Shown here piece after piece: positions 10,249 through 19,298 of a DNA stretch of 64,000 nucleotides. Origin of the DNA: an uncultured Chloroflexia bacterium (GTDB lineage Bacteria; Chloroflexota; Anaerolineae; CG2-30-64-16); assembly GCA_963810095.1 (NCBI GenBank), contig CAWEMM010000014.1, positions 224,001-288,000 on the forward strand. The letters run 5' to 3'. A program made the translations under genes and the position numbers. A model generated the notes under the pieces. That model worked only from the letters and a program-made list of their open reading frames with translations, was not told the origin of the DNA and made no database searches. Position 1 is the first letter of the stretch. Every line of letters begins with the position of its first letter.

Positions 10249-10821
10249 TCATTCCTCCAGCGTGATCTTGCCATTATCCATCGCCGTGATCACTGCGAGC
10301 GTCTCGATGGGCACGCCAAGGTCGGCAAGTGCCTCTCGCCCGCCCTCAAAGCGCTTCTCGATCACGGCACCGATCGCGATGAGGTGTGCGCCCGAAGCCT
10401 GGACGAGCCGCACCAGGGCCCGAATCGTCTCGCCCCGCGCAAGAAAGTCGTCGATCACGAGCACGTGGTCGCGGGGTCCCAGGAACTCGGGTGAGATCAT
10501 CAACTCGGTCATAACGCCCTTGGTATGGGAGGGTGCGGAGGCCTTCATCGCGTTGGGGTGCATGGTCACCGGCTTCGTCTTCCGGGCGTAGACAACGGGG
10601 ATGCCGAGGGCCAGCCCTGTCGTCAGCGCCGGAGCGATGCCGCTGATCTCTGCAGTGACGATTTTGTCTGCGCCGAGATGTGCAAAGCGGGCGGCCAGCG
10701 CGCCGCCGACCGCCAGCATGAGTGCCGGGTCGACCTGGTGGTTGATGAAGCTGTCCACCTTTAGGATGCCGTGGCCGAGGTTAACGCCGTCGCGGCGGAT
10801 GCGGTCTTTCAAGAGCTCCAT
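10249..10821 (-). CDS. xpt: Xanthine phosphoribosyltransferase
   Basis: MELLKDRI..ILKVDSFINHQVDP, PRPP-binding VLVIDDFLARG; upstream of guaA. Confidence 0.95.
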   Translation of the reverse strand: MELLKDRIRRDGVNLGHGILKVDSFINHQVDPALMLAVGGALAARFAHLGADKIVTAEISGIAPALTTGLALGIPVVYARKTKPVTMHPNAMKASAPSHTKGVMTELMISPEFLGPRDHVLVIDDFLARGETIRALVRLVQASGAHLIAIGAVIEKRFEGGREALADLGVPIETLAVITAMDNGKITLEE

Positions 10822-11021
10822 GGGCGTGACTCCTCTCGTCGCTGCTAGAGACAGATATTGTACCAAACGCAGGCCGAAATGGTGAAAGGCAGCCGCGCCA
10901 GCCGCAGTGGCCGGGTGTGGCTCGCGCGGTAGATGCCAGTGCCGGGGGCAAGTGATGTGCAATACGCGCAAATGCCAGCCGGCGTCAGCTAAATCCGCTA
11001 ATGACGTTAAAGAAAACGCGC

Positions 11022-11050
11022 TTGACACCGCAAGTTGTGAGCGGTATTAT
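11022..11050 (+). promoter_or_regulatory. Sigma70-type promoter for regulator/EPS locus
   Basis: TTGACA-17 bp-TATTAT. Confidence 0.7.
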
Positions 11051-11445
11051 GTGTCAAGTCATGAAGCGTTGACACTCATCCGAGATTTGAGCTACATGGA
11101 CCCGACTTCGTCGCAGCCACATGCCAATTCGCCCTGGGGGTTTGTTACCAGGCGGTCACTGACCGCCGACTGGATGCCTGGCGTTGAACCCGCGTTTGAT
11201 GCAGCCGGTCGTTCATCCCCTTGCGGTGGCTACTTCTGTCGCTACTGTATTCGTTCCGCGCATCCCTCGACCCGGGATGAGAGGACACCCGCCCTCAGCG
11301 CTCGCGCTCGCCGGACGTAGCATTCGCTCGAAGCACCGCACCCCGTTCACTCTCGTCCAAGCCCCTGCTTTTCCCTGCCCCCGCACGCTTCGACACGCAC
11401 CTTGTCTACTCGCCCCAGAGGCGCGGAGGACAAAGGAGGCACCAA

Positions 11446-12093
11446 GTGCGATTCCTGCTGGTTGACGACCACCCTATCTTCCTGAATGGACTGCTGCAGC
11501 TCCTGGCTGTGTCGGGCTTTGACGTTGTGGGTACGGCGCACGATGGCTTCGAAGCCCTTACCCAGACGCGTCTGCTCAAGCCCGACGTCGTGTTGATGGA
11601 TGTCCGGATGCCGCGTTGCGACGGGCTGGAAGGCACCCGCCTGGTCAAGGCCGAATTTCCCGACGTCCGCGTGGTCATGCTCACCGCCTGTGATGACGAC
11701 GATGCCCTGTTTGAAGCGATTCGGTGCGGCGCGTCGGGTTATCTGCTAAAGGGTCAGGACTCGGACGACTTTCTGCACGCACTTGCAGAACTGGCGCACG
11801 GCGACATTCCGCTGGCGCCAGGCTTAGCCCTACGCATCCTCGGTGAGTTTGCGCGTCTGGTCCCCCCGCCATCGGACGGAGGCAAGGATGGGACTGAGCT
11901 CTCGCCGCGGCAGACGGAGATTCTCGCACTTGTCGCAACCGGCATGACTTACAAGCAGATCGGGGACAAGCTGGGTCTCTCGGAGCGAACGGTCAAATAC
12001 TACATGAGCCAGACGCTAGCGCTGCTGCATCTCAAGGGCCGGGCAGAGGCCGTCTCCTACGCGCGGAGCCACAATCTCGCGGCACGATCCTGA
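11446..12093 (+). CDS. NarL/FixJ (LuxR-HTH) family response regulator
   Basis: LLVDDH, PDVVLMDVRMP, GASGYLLK; HTH LSPRQTEILALVATGMTYKQIG..TVK; AAGGAGG RBS before GTG. Confidence 0.95.
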   Translation: MRFLLVDDHPIFLNGLLQLLAVSGFDVVGTAHDGFEALTQTRLLKPDVVLMDVRMPRCDGLEGTRLVKAEFPDVRVVMLTACDDDDALFEAIRCGASGYLLKGQDSDDFLHALAELAHGDIPLAPGLALRILGEFARLVPPPSDGGKDGTELSPRQTEILALVATGMTYKQIGDKLGLSERTVKYYMSQTLALLHLKGRAEAVSYARSHNLAARS

Positions 12094-12372
12094 TCTCCTG
12101 GTAGCCCCCGCGCACTGCACTTCGTACTGCACCTTCCCGCCTGCACCTTTTGTTCTCCTGGCGCTCCTCGGTGTCCTCGCCTTGCCCTTTGCGCGGCCAG
12201 GCCTGTCCAAACTTGCCCCTGACACTGTCCCTTTCGCGCGCTCAAGGACAATGACAGCCACGACGAAAGTCTTATCCTAAGGTTGCTACTTCCGGAGCCA
12301 CTGTTGCGGCGACAGGGTTCTGTGTTCGAGCAACACCGGGACACCGGCGCAATGGGGGCGGGGGGTGATGAT

Positions 12373-12723
12373 ATGCATCGTCGGATTGCGCTCGTAGGGA
12401 AATCTGTGGGGCTCAACAGCATTGGCGCAGGCCTCGCAGGACGTCTGGACTTTGACTTGTTGCAGTACGCTGGCGAACTCGCTGACGTAGGCTTTTGGAT
12501 CGACGAGGTCGCGCCCGATGCGGTCATCTTCGACATCGCCGGGACGCAGGCCTGTCCGGTCGTCGCGCCGATGCGTCATCCCGGGCTGCTGCTGATCGGT
12601 TTGGATCTGTCGAGCCACGAGATGCTCGTGCTCTCCGGCGAGCAAGTTCAGCTCGCGACAGTCGATGACCTGTTAAGTGTTCTGTCACGCCCAGGTCACC
12701 TGACAGAGCTGTGTGGCAACTAG
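12373..12723 (+). CDS. Hypothetical protein, possible degenerate receiver-like domain
   Basis: RIALVG..PDAVIFDI..LLLIGLDL beta/alpha pattern; between regulator and wzc. Confidence 0.55.
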   Translation: MHRRIALVGKSVGLNSIGAGLAGRLDFDLLQYAGELADVGFWIDEVAPDAVIFDIAGTQACPVVAPMRHPGLLLIGLDLSSHEMLVLSGEQVQLATVDDLLSVLSRPGHLTELCGN

Positions 12724-12782
12724 GTTAGGAGTTGGGGCCGCTTGAGGCGCCGACGAGGGCGCGGCTGGTAGGAGACGGACTG

Positions 12783-15056
12783 ATGCAGACAGAAGAAACG
12801 GTCGAACTACGATGGATCCTTTCAGTGATCCGACGATGGTGGTGGCTCATCGCTGGATGCGCCGTAATCGCACTGGTCACTGGCCTCTTCACAACCTCTC
12901 GAATGGCTGCGGTCTACAAGGCCACCACGACCCTGTTGGTTGCGCCGGCGAAGCAAGCGACAACAAGCGAATATAACACCCTTATGGCTGGTGAACGCCT
13001 TGCCTTAACTTACGGTCAACTGCTGAAGGGGCGTTCGACTCTTGAGACCACGATCTCGCGCCTGGGTCTGAACGACACCCCCGAGACGCTTGAGAGGCGG
13101 GTCGAGACGACCCCCGTCAAAGACACGCAGCTCATTCGCGTCGCGGCGGTCGACACGTCGCCGAAACGGGCTGCCGCAATCGCTGATACCATCGCTGACG
13201 TCTTCACCGAGTATGCAGGAACGTTGCAGGAGGATCGCTATCGAAGCGATCTTGGGGACAAGCAGGCGAAAGCTGAAGCCCTGAGCGAGGCGATCGAGGA
13301 CACTCAAGCCAAGCTCGAAACTGCCAACGCCCAGAAGGTATCGGAGGAAGCTGAACTGGCACGACTGCAAGCGCTGTTCAGCGAATCTGGCAATGCTGCT
13401 CGGACGCTGGGACAGCAATTCGAGTCGCTTCAGCTGGCTGCCGAGCGGGCAAAGAATTCACTGACGGTGGTGGAAACCCCCCACGCATCTGCCATCGGCA
13501 CGACTCGACGCTACACTGCGACCGCCACGCTCCTGGTCGATCCTGGCGGTGCCAATCTCCAATCAGACTACTCGGGAATCCTCGCCAGCGAGCGGTTGGC
13601 CAGCACGTATGCCGAAATGTTGACCGGACCGTCAGTGATACAGGCGGCCATCGCCCAGTTGGGGAATAGTGAGACCTTGGAAGAGCGCGGAATCAGGGTG
13701 AAAGCAGAGCCGATTGCGGAAACGCAGCTTTTGCGGCTTGAGATTACCGCCCCGAGTGCGCAGCAGGCGACTCAAGTGGCCGATGCAATTATTCGAGCTT
13801 TTACGGAAGATCTGCGCGAGCTTTTGGGGAAGCCCTATGATACCCGCCTCATTCCGATGCAGACAGAGATTGCCCGTCTGCAAGGGGTGATCGCTGACAC
13901 TGGGGCCGAAATTCACCAACGCAATGCTGCCAAGCTCCAGAGCGAGAGCGAGTCGATGCGGCTTAGCAACCTTCTGACCGAGCAGCGTAACGACTACCGC
14001 GCAGTGCAGCAAGACTATGAGGAACTTCGCTTAGTGGCGAGTGAGGCCTCGGACACCGTTGTTATCACCGACCGCGCTGAAATTCCGCAGCGTCCCGCCC
14101 AAAACAGAATGCTTTACGTTCTGCTTGCCGTGGCCGTCGCAATGTTGGGAGCTTTCGGCGCTGCCTTCGTACACGACTACCTTGATGACTCTGTTAAGAC
14201 GGCGAACGACGTGACCAGCGCGCTCGGGCTGAGCACGCTAGGAGCGATTGTCTGGCTAGGCGAGGAAGGGAAGCTGCCGATTGTCGTCTCACGACCGCAG
14301 TCACCAGGTGCTGAAGGCTTTCGTATGCTCGCCACGAACATTCGCCTGGCCGGTCTCGATCGGCGCCTTCGCACGATCCTGGTGGTCAGTCCCGCGCCCG
14401 GCGAAGGCAAATCTACGGTCGGAGCTAATCTAGCAGTCGCAATGGCGAGAAGCGGCCTTCAGGTTTTGCTCGTCGATGCTGATCTTCGCAAGCCGCGGCT
14501 CCACGAGTTATTCGGGCTCGACCCGTTCGACGGACTGACCGAGTCCCTCGCAGAAGGATCTGCTGACCGATTCGTGAAATCTACAGGAGTGGAGGGAGTC
14601 AGAATCCTGACGAGCGGCAAGTTACCCGCAGACCCGGTGGGCGCACTTAGCTCAGTCCCGATGGAGCGGCTGCTCGAGGACCTTGCGCACCAGACAGACT
14701 TGCTCATTCTAGACAGTCCGCCGCTTCTTTCGGTGGCCGACGCGGCGATCCTGGGCGCGCGTGCCGATGGCGTGTTATTGGTGCTGCGCAGCGGCCGGAC
14801 GGGGAGTCGAACAGCACGAAGTGCGATGGAAGTCCTCCAGCAGGCCAGGACCCACGTACTCGGCGCGGTGCTTAACGCCATGCCTATCAGCAGCCACGGC
14901 TACTATCAGTACTACAGCAAGAGAGCCGGTCGCGACGGTCGCCTAAGTTGGCCGCCTCGGGCACCGGGCCTCTCTCGGCGGGACAGAATCAGACGGCTTA
15001 CTCCGCGCTACCTGCATGCGAGCGCAGATTCAGTGTCTGACCAGCAAGGTGAATGA
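12783..15056 (+). CDS. Polysaccharide co-polymerase / tyrosine autokinase (Wzc/CapAB fusion)
   Basis: RRWWWLI N-terminal TM, Wzz-like domain twice, second TM, Walker A GEGKST, A' VDADLRKP, B LILDSPP, Tyr cluster GYYQYY. Confidence 0.93.
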   Translation: MQTEETVELRWILSVIRRWWWLIAGCAVIALVTGLFTTSRMAAVYKATTTLLVAPAKQATTSEYNTLMAGERLALTYGQLLKGRSTLETTISRLGLNDTPETLERRVETTPVKDTQLIRVAAVDTSPKRAAAIADTIADVFTEYAGTLQEDRYRSDLGDKQAKAEALSEAIEDTQAKLETANAQKVSEEAELARLQALFSESGNAARTLGQQFESLQLAAERAKNSLTVVETPHASAIGTTRRYTATATLLVDPGGANLQSDYSGILASERLASTYAEMLTGPSVIQAAIAQLGNSETLEERGIRVKAEPIAETQLLRLEITAPSAQQATQVADAIIRAFTEDLRELLGKPYDTRLIPMQTEIARLQGVIADTGAEIHQRNAAKLQSESESMRLSNLLTEQRNDYRAVQQDYEELRLVASEASDTVVITDRAEIPQRPAQNRMLYVLLAVAVAMLGAFGAAFVHDYLDDSVKTANDVTSALGLSTLGAIVWLGEEGKLPIVVSRPQSPGAEGFRMLATNIRLAGLDRRLRTILVVSPAPGEGKSTVGANLAVAMARSGLQVLLVDADLRKPRLHELFGLDPFDGLTESLAEGSADRFVKSTGVEGVRILTSGKLPADPVGALSSVPMERLLEDLAHQTDLLILDSPPLLSVADAAILGARADGVLLVLRSGRTGSRTARSAMEVLQQARTHVLGAVLNAMPISSHGYYQYYSKRAGRDGRLSWPPRAPGLSRRDRIRRLTPRYLHASADSVSDQQGE

Positions 15057-15700
15057 TGCGCGCTAGCCGTCGGATAATCGTAGGGGCCCTGGCCGGAATT
15101 ACTGTACTCGTGCTAGTGGCTCACGAGTCAATCCTGATGGCGATCGGCGATTTCCTTGTGATTTCCGACACGCTCAAGCCTGCGGACGTGATTCATGTTG
15201 TGAGTGGCGCCGACTACCGGACGGACTACGCAGTGCGGCTTTACAACCAGCATCTGGGCCGCCAGATTTTTTTCACCGGCGGGTGGTGCGTTTATCACGG
15301 ATACTACCATGGTGAGCACGGATCAGAGCGTGCACGGGCCTACGGTGTCGAACTGCAAAGCATCGCGTTTGATGAATCGCCGGTGACGAGCACCTATGCG
15401 GAGGCCTCCAGGCTTAAAGAGTTCACTGAGCTAAGCGGCACACCTGCCGTCCGCTCGGTGATCGTGATTAGCGATCCATATCACATGCGGCGAGTTCGCT
15501 GGACGTACAGAAAGGTGCTTGGCGACCAAGTCGCGATCGAACTTGCGCCCGTGCCTTTCGTCATGACGCCGTATCAGCGGCGTTGGTGGGAGGACCCGGC
15601 TTCGAGGCAATACGTGCAGAGTGAGTACATTAAGCTCGTGTACTATTTCGCACGGTATCAGCTCGGGTGGACTTGGCTGGCTCGGTTCGACCGGGAATGA
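15053..15700 (+). CDS. YdcF/DUF218 family protein
   Basis: ADVIHVVSG, FFTGG, STYAEA, VISDPYHMRR, EYIKL. Confidence 0.88.
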   Translation: MMRASRRIIVGALAGITVLVLVAHESILMAIGDFLVISDTLKPADVIHVVSGADYRTDYAVRLYNQHLGRQIFFTGGWCVYHGYYHGEHGSERARAYGVELQSIAFDESPVTSTYAEASRLKEFTELSGTPAVRSVIVISDPYHMRRVRWTYRKVLGDQVAIELAPVPFVMTPYQRRWWEDPASRQYVQSEYIKLVYYFARYQLGWTWLARFDRE

Positions 15701-15768
15701 GGCTCGGTAAGCAAGGCCATTTCGTCCTACACTCATTGAGAGCCATTCGCCGACGCGGGAGGATCTGT

Positions 15769-16899
15769 ATGGATCAGAACGTTGAGCGATGCAACCTTTG
15801 CATCCTGCCCAAAACGAGTCAGTTTTGCTTTGACGAGCGCGGCATTTGTGCTCTGTGCATTGCCGCGGCCGAGACGCCTGCGGGCGAACAAGCCGCGCGT
15901 AATCCACTGCTTGACGATTACATCGAGAAGATCCGTCTTCGCGGCCGGGGACGCCCGTTCGACTGTGTAGTGGGGGTAAGTGGAGGCAGAGACAGTTCGT
16001 ATCTGCTTTACCTGTTGACTCGGAAGCATGGGTTGCGCTGTCTGGCGACCTACTACCGGACCCCCTTCACTTCCGATACAACGGACGCAAATGTCAAGCG
16101 TCTCACGAAAATCCTCGGCGTTCCCCTGGCCGAGTTGGCGGTCTCAAGCGATTACCATAGACGCATTGCCAAGGAGTTCACCGTTTTGTGGAGCGAGAAG
16201 CCTCAGCCTGTCATCGCGAACATGGCGTGTGCGCCGTGCAAGTTGATAAACCGCGAAGTTTTCCGGCTTGCCAGGGCGCAGGGTGTGAGCGCCGTGATCT
16301 ATGGCGGAAACCGGTTTGAATCGGTCCAGATAGCGCCGGGAGCTCCGGCCAACGAGACGATGACGACCAGTACTCTCGCCGCAAAGCAGTTCGCACTGGG
16401 TGGTCAGCTCCGGAAAGGGCTGCAGCTTACCCAAAAAGGCCTGGGGGCGCTGCGGATGTCGAGCGAGCTTTGGCGATACATTCCACTCGGCGTCCAGTCC
16501 TCCATCATGTACATCTGCCCGCACACCGCTTACTTGCGCTTCCGATACCCCAGCGTTTTCGCCTTCGAGTACTTCTGCTTTGGCGAATGGGATCAAGCCG
16601 AGAGCGAAAAAGCACTGGCTGAACTCCATTGGGAGCTGCCGCTCGGTTGCAACTCCACCTGGAAAAGCGATTGCTCCTTCGCGGAACTCAAGAACTACAT
16701 GTTCCGCAAAATGACGGGCATTACCTATATGGATGCCTTCCTTAGCAATATGGTGCGTGCCGGCGTGATCACCAGGGAGGAGGCGATAAAGCGCATTGAT
16801 GTCGAAGGACGAACGTCCGCGGTCCGACTTGCTGATGCGTGTGCGGCCATGGGCTTGCCGGGCGAGTTCTCCGGACCGTTGCTACGAGACGCCGGATAG
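15769..16899 (+). CDS. N-acetyl-sugar amidotransferase-like PP-loop ATPase (WbpG/PseA-like)
   Basis: N-terminal CxxC..FDERGICxxC, DCVVGVSGGRDS PP-loop, CAPC, W..DC, VRAGVITREEA. Confidence 0.8.
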   Translation: MDQNVERCNLCILPKTSQFCFDERGICALCIAAAETPAGEQAARNPLLDDYIEKIRLRGRGRPFDCVVGVSGGRDSSYLLYLLTRKHGLRCLATYYRTPFTSDTTDANVKRLTKILGVPLAELAVSSDYHRRIAKEFTVLWSEKPQPVIANMACAPCKLINREVFRLARAQGVSAVIYGGNRFESVQIAPGAPANETMTTSTLAAKQFALGGQLRKGLQLTQKGLGALRMSSELWRYIPLGVQSSIMYICPHTAYLRFRYPSVFAFEYFCFGEWDQAESEKALAELHWELPLGCNSTWKSDCSFAELKNYMFRKMTGITYMDAFLSNMVRAGVITREEAIKRIDVEGRTSAVRLADACAAMGLPGEFSGPLLRDAG

Positions 16900-16914
16900 G
16901 ACTGGGGGTATCTG

Positions 16915-18630
16915 ATGGCTTATTCCAGGCACCTGCACGGCTTCTCTCGGTTTGCGGGAGGACTGGTTCTCGCGGTGGTCACCACGGCGTGCGGTGTCGC
17001 CTGGCCTGCTTACCCCCCTCTGGGCCTGTCTACGGCCCATCAGCCGATCGAGGTGGGCTCGCGGCCCCAGATCAGCCTGCTTGCCCAGCGCGCCCTACCG
17101 CCCCAGGGTCTCTACGAAAGCTGTTTGCCAGACGAACCGGGCTGCCTGGATGAGTTGGACAAGATGGCAGCAGGCGGCTTTCGCTTGATCTTGAATGATG
17201 GGCTGCGGTACGGGTACAGTGCCAAGGCCATCCGGGCGTATGCGGACCGTGCAAACGCTCTCGGAATGATGGTGATTCTGCCGGTGAAGTACTTCCCCGA
17301 ATGGGACACGGACGGCCAGTACCTGGTGAAGAAGTTCCCGGAGCTGGCATCGGAAGCCGGCTGCACCAGTAACAAGTGCTTTCTGGCCTACTACATCGGC
17401 ATTCTCAGGGACCATCCGGCACTCTGGGGCTACTACATGGCTGACGAGATCGGCCCTGAGTACCATGACGGCTTGAAGATCTACTCCGACTTCGTCAGTG
17501 CCCTCGACTCTGGCCACCCCCGCCTCATCGTCGAACCCGGCACCAACGATCCGATGGAGATCTTCTTTACTTTCCATTCCTATATGCGTGATACCACCGA
17601 AGTTTTGGGTGCAACCAACTTCCCGTACGGTTATATCGATCTGAACCGCAGCCTTACGAGATACACAGGAGAAAGCGCCAGGATGCTGCAGGCCTGGTCT
17701 CGCGACCTCGGCCTCAAGCACACGATCGTGCTACAGGCATTCGCGCACCCACAGGTAGCCGATGTCGACCGGCTTTGCTCTCCCTGGCCTGCGTGTGCTC
17801 CATTTCCCAACTATGAGCAAATGAGAGCCCAGCGCGATCAAGCGTTGACGTATTCGAATCCAGAAATGATCCTGTGGTTCTACTATCGTTACATCCTCAG
17901 CTCCGACAACCCGGACGCGCATTGGCGCGATCTCGTGAGTGCCGCCTTCGCCTCGCTTCCGGAACCCGTTGCCACGCCGACCCCTCGCCCCCAGCATTGC
18001 GCACCGGGCTGGACTGGCGCGGACGTGGGCCAGCCAAGTCTCCAGGGCGATCAGAGCCTGGAGGGCGACGTGTGGACCGTCGACGGATCAGGATGGGATA
18101 TCTGGTCGGATATCCGCGAGAAGGCGGATCAGTTTCGCTACGTCTGGCGCGAATCCAGAGGCAACGGTGAACTGCTCGGCCGCATCGTGGCACAGGCGGA
18201 TACAGGTGACGCGGCCAAAGCGGGTCTCATGTTCCGAAAGACCGTTGACCCCGTCTCGCCCTATTATGCTGTGATCATGACACCCCACCAGGGTCTTCAT
18301 GTGCAGTATAGATCGCGTTACGACGAGGATCCAATCAGTGTTGCCTTGGGTCCGGCAACCCTCCCCGTGAGCGTGAGGGTGGTGAGGGCTGGCACGAGCT
18401 ACAGCACCTATGTGTCCAACGGCGAAGCCCAGTGGTCCTTAATGCCCGGTACCACTGTCGATCTGCCAGCGCTCAGGGGGGTGGTCATGGCGGGGCTCGC
18501 GGTGACCTCGGGCAATCCTGCTTCGCTTTCCGAGGCGCGATTCGAGGACGTACTGCTCGTGCCTGCACACCGGCTTTGGTTGCCCGCCATGACTGCGGCT
18601 CAAGACCGTGACTGGGAGCGCGACGAATGA
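16915..18630 (+). CDS. Secreted glycoside-hydrolase-like TIM-barrel protein with C-terminal beta-sandwich (DUF1349/ConA-like) domain
   Basis: Signal/lipoprotein-like N-terminus; HPALWGYYMADE motif; GSGWDIW..DQFRYVW..AKAGLMFR..GLAVTS sandwich; terminal HRLWLPAM. Confidence 0.7.
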   Translation: MAYSRHLHGFSRFAGGLVLAVVTTACGVAWPAYPPLGLSTAHQPIEVGSRPQISLLAQRALPPQGLYESCLPDEPGCLDELDKMAAGGFRLILNDGLRYGYSAKAIRAYADRANALGMMVILPVKYFPEWDTDGQYLVKKFPELASEAGCTSNKCFLAYYIGILRDHPALWGYYMADEIGPEYHDGLKIYSDFVSALDSGHPRLIVEPGTNDPMEIFFTFHSYMRDTTEVLGATNFPYGYIDLNRSLTRYTGESARMLQAWSRDLGLKHTIVLQAFAHPQVADVDRLCSPWPACAPFPNYEQMRAQRDQALTYSNPEMILWFYYRYILSSDNPDAHWRDLVSAAFASLPEPVATPTPRPQHCAPGWTGADVGQPSLQGDQSLEGDVWTVDGSGWDIWSDIREKADQFRYVWRESRGNGELLGRIVAQADTGDAAKAGLMFRKTVDPVSPYYAVIMTPHQGLHVQYRSRYDEDPISVALGPATLPVSVRVVRAGTSYSTYVSNGEAQWSLMPGTTVDLPALRGVVMAGLAVTSGNPASLSEARFEDVLLVPAHRLWLPAMTAAQDRDWERDE

Positions 18631-19298
18631 GTGGCAGAGCGCCGGTTGTCGAACTTGTAGGACCGCCGGGCGCCGGTAAGACGACGCTCACACAACTGTT
18701 GCTCGCGAAGCGTGCGGACCTAAGAGTCGAAACCTGGCCGTATTTCAGAAGGCTTCGGGACGACGCATTCTTTGTACGCAGCGGGGTGAGCTTGTTTCCA
18801 GTGCTTCTTCGTCTCCGCAGCGACCACCGCAATGGCTGGTTACGCCCTCGTGACGCCGCGCTAATGGCCATTCTGCAGCGTTGGGATCGTGAGCTCGAGC
18901 GCATGGCGGTGAGGGGTGGCAAGGTCATCATCCTAGAAGAAGGGGCAATTTGTCTGCTAGCGAAACTGCGGGCGTTTGGTGCTGAGGGGCTCAAGGCAGC
19001 AGCCGCGGCGCAGTGGTGGGAAGAGACGTACCGGCGTTGGGCAAGCACGCTTGATTTGATCATCGTGCTTGAGGCATCCATCCCCACGTTGCTTGCGCGC
19101 ATTCGGGGCCGCGAGCAGCAATATGAAATCGGCACCATGACCGACCAGGAGGCGGTGAGATACCTAAACCAAATCGACGCGGCGGAGCGAGCGGTGCTTG
19201 CCGGGTTGTCGGCGGTGCCGCACGGTCCAGAGATCCGCCATTTTGACACTGAGGCGCGCCGCCTGGATCACGTTGACATTCCGAGAATGGTGCGTTAA
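18627..19298 (+). CDS. P-loop (nucleotide-kinase-like) protein
   Basis: VELVGPPGAGKTT Walker A, IILEEG, ARIRGR lid motif. Confidence 0.75.
   Translation: MSGRAPVVELVGPPGAGKTTLTQLLLAKRADLRVETWPYFRRLRDDAFFVRSGVSLFPVLLRLRSDHRNGWLRPRDAALMAILQRWDRELERMAVRGGKVIILEEGAICLLAKLRAFGAEGLKAAAAAQWWEETYRRWASTLDLIIVLEASIPTLLARIRGREQQYEIGTMTDQEAVRYLNQIDAAERAVLAGLSAVPHGPEIRHFDTEARRLDHVDIPRMVR

Noticed and set aside
10822-11020. Purine riboswitch upstream of xpt-guaA
   Set aside because: No TATAAT..ATATGG..GTTTCTACC..CCGTAAA..GACTA core; an extended -10 (TGgTACAAT, ~10865-10857) lies only ~35 nt from the ATG, leaving no room
11035-11050. lac-operator-like TTGTGAGCGG
   Set aside because: Only a half match with no second arm and no vector context; treated as coincidence within the promoter spacer
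11446-12093. Pairing the NarL regulator with the HisKA_3 kinase at 62272-64000
   Set aside because: Compatible families but 50 kb apart with no sequence evidence of linkage
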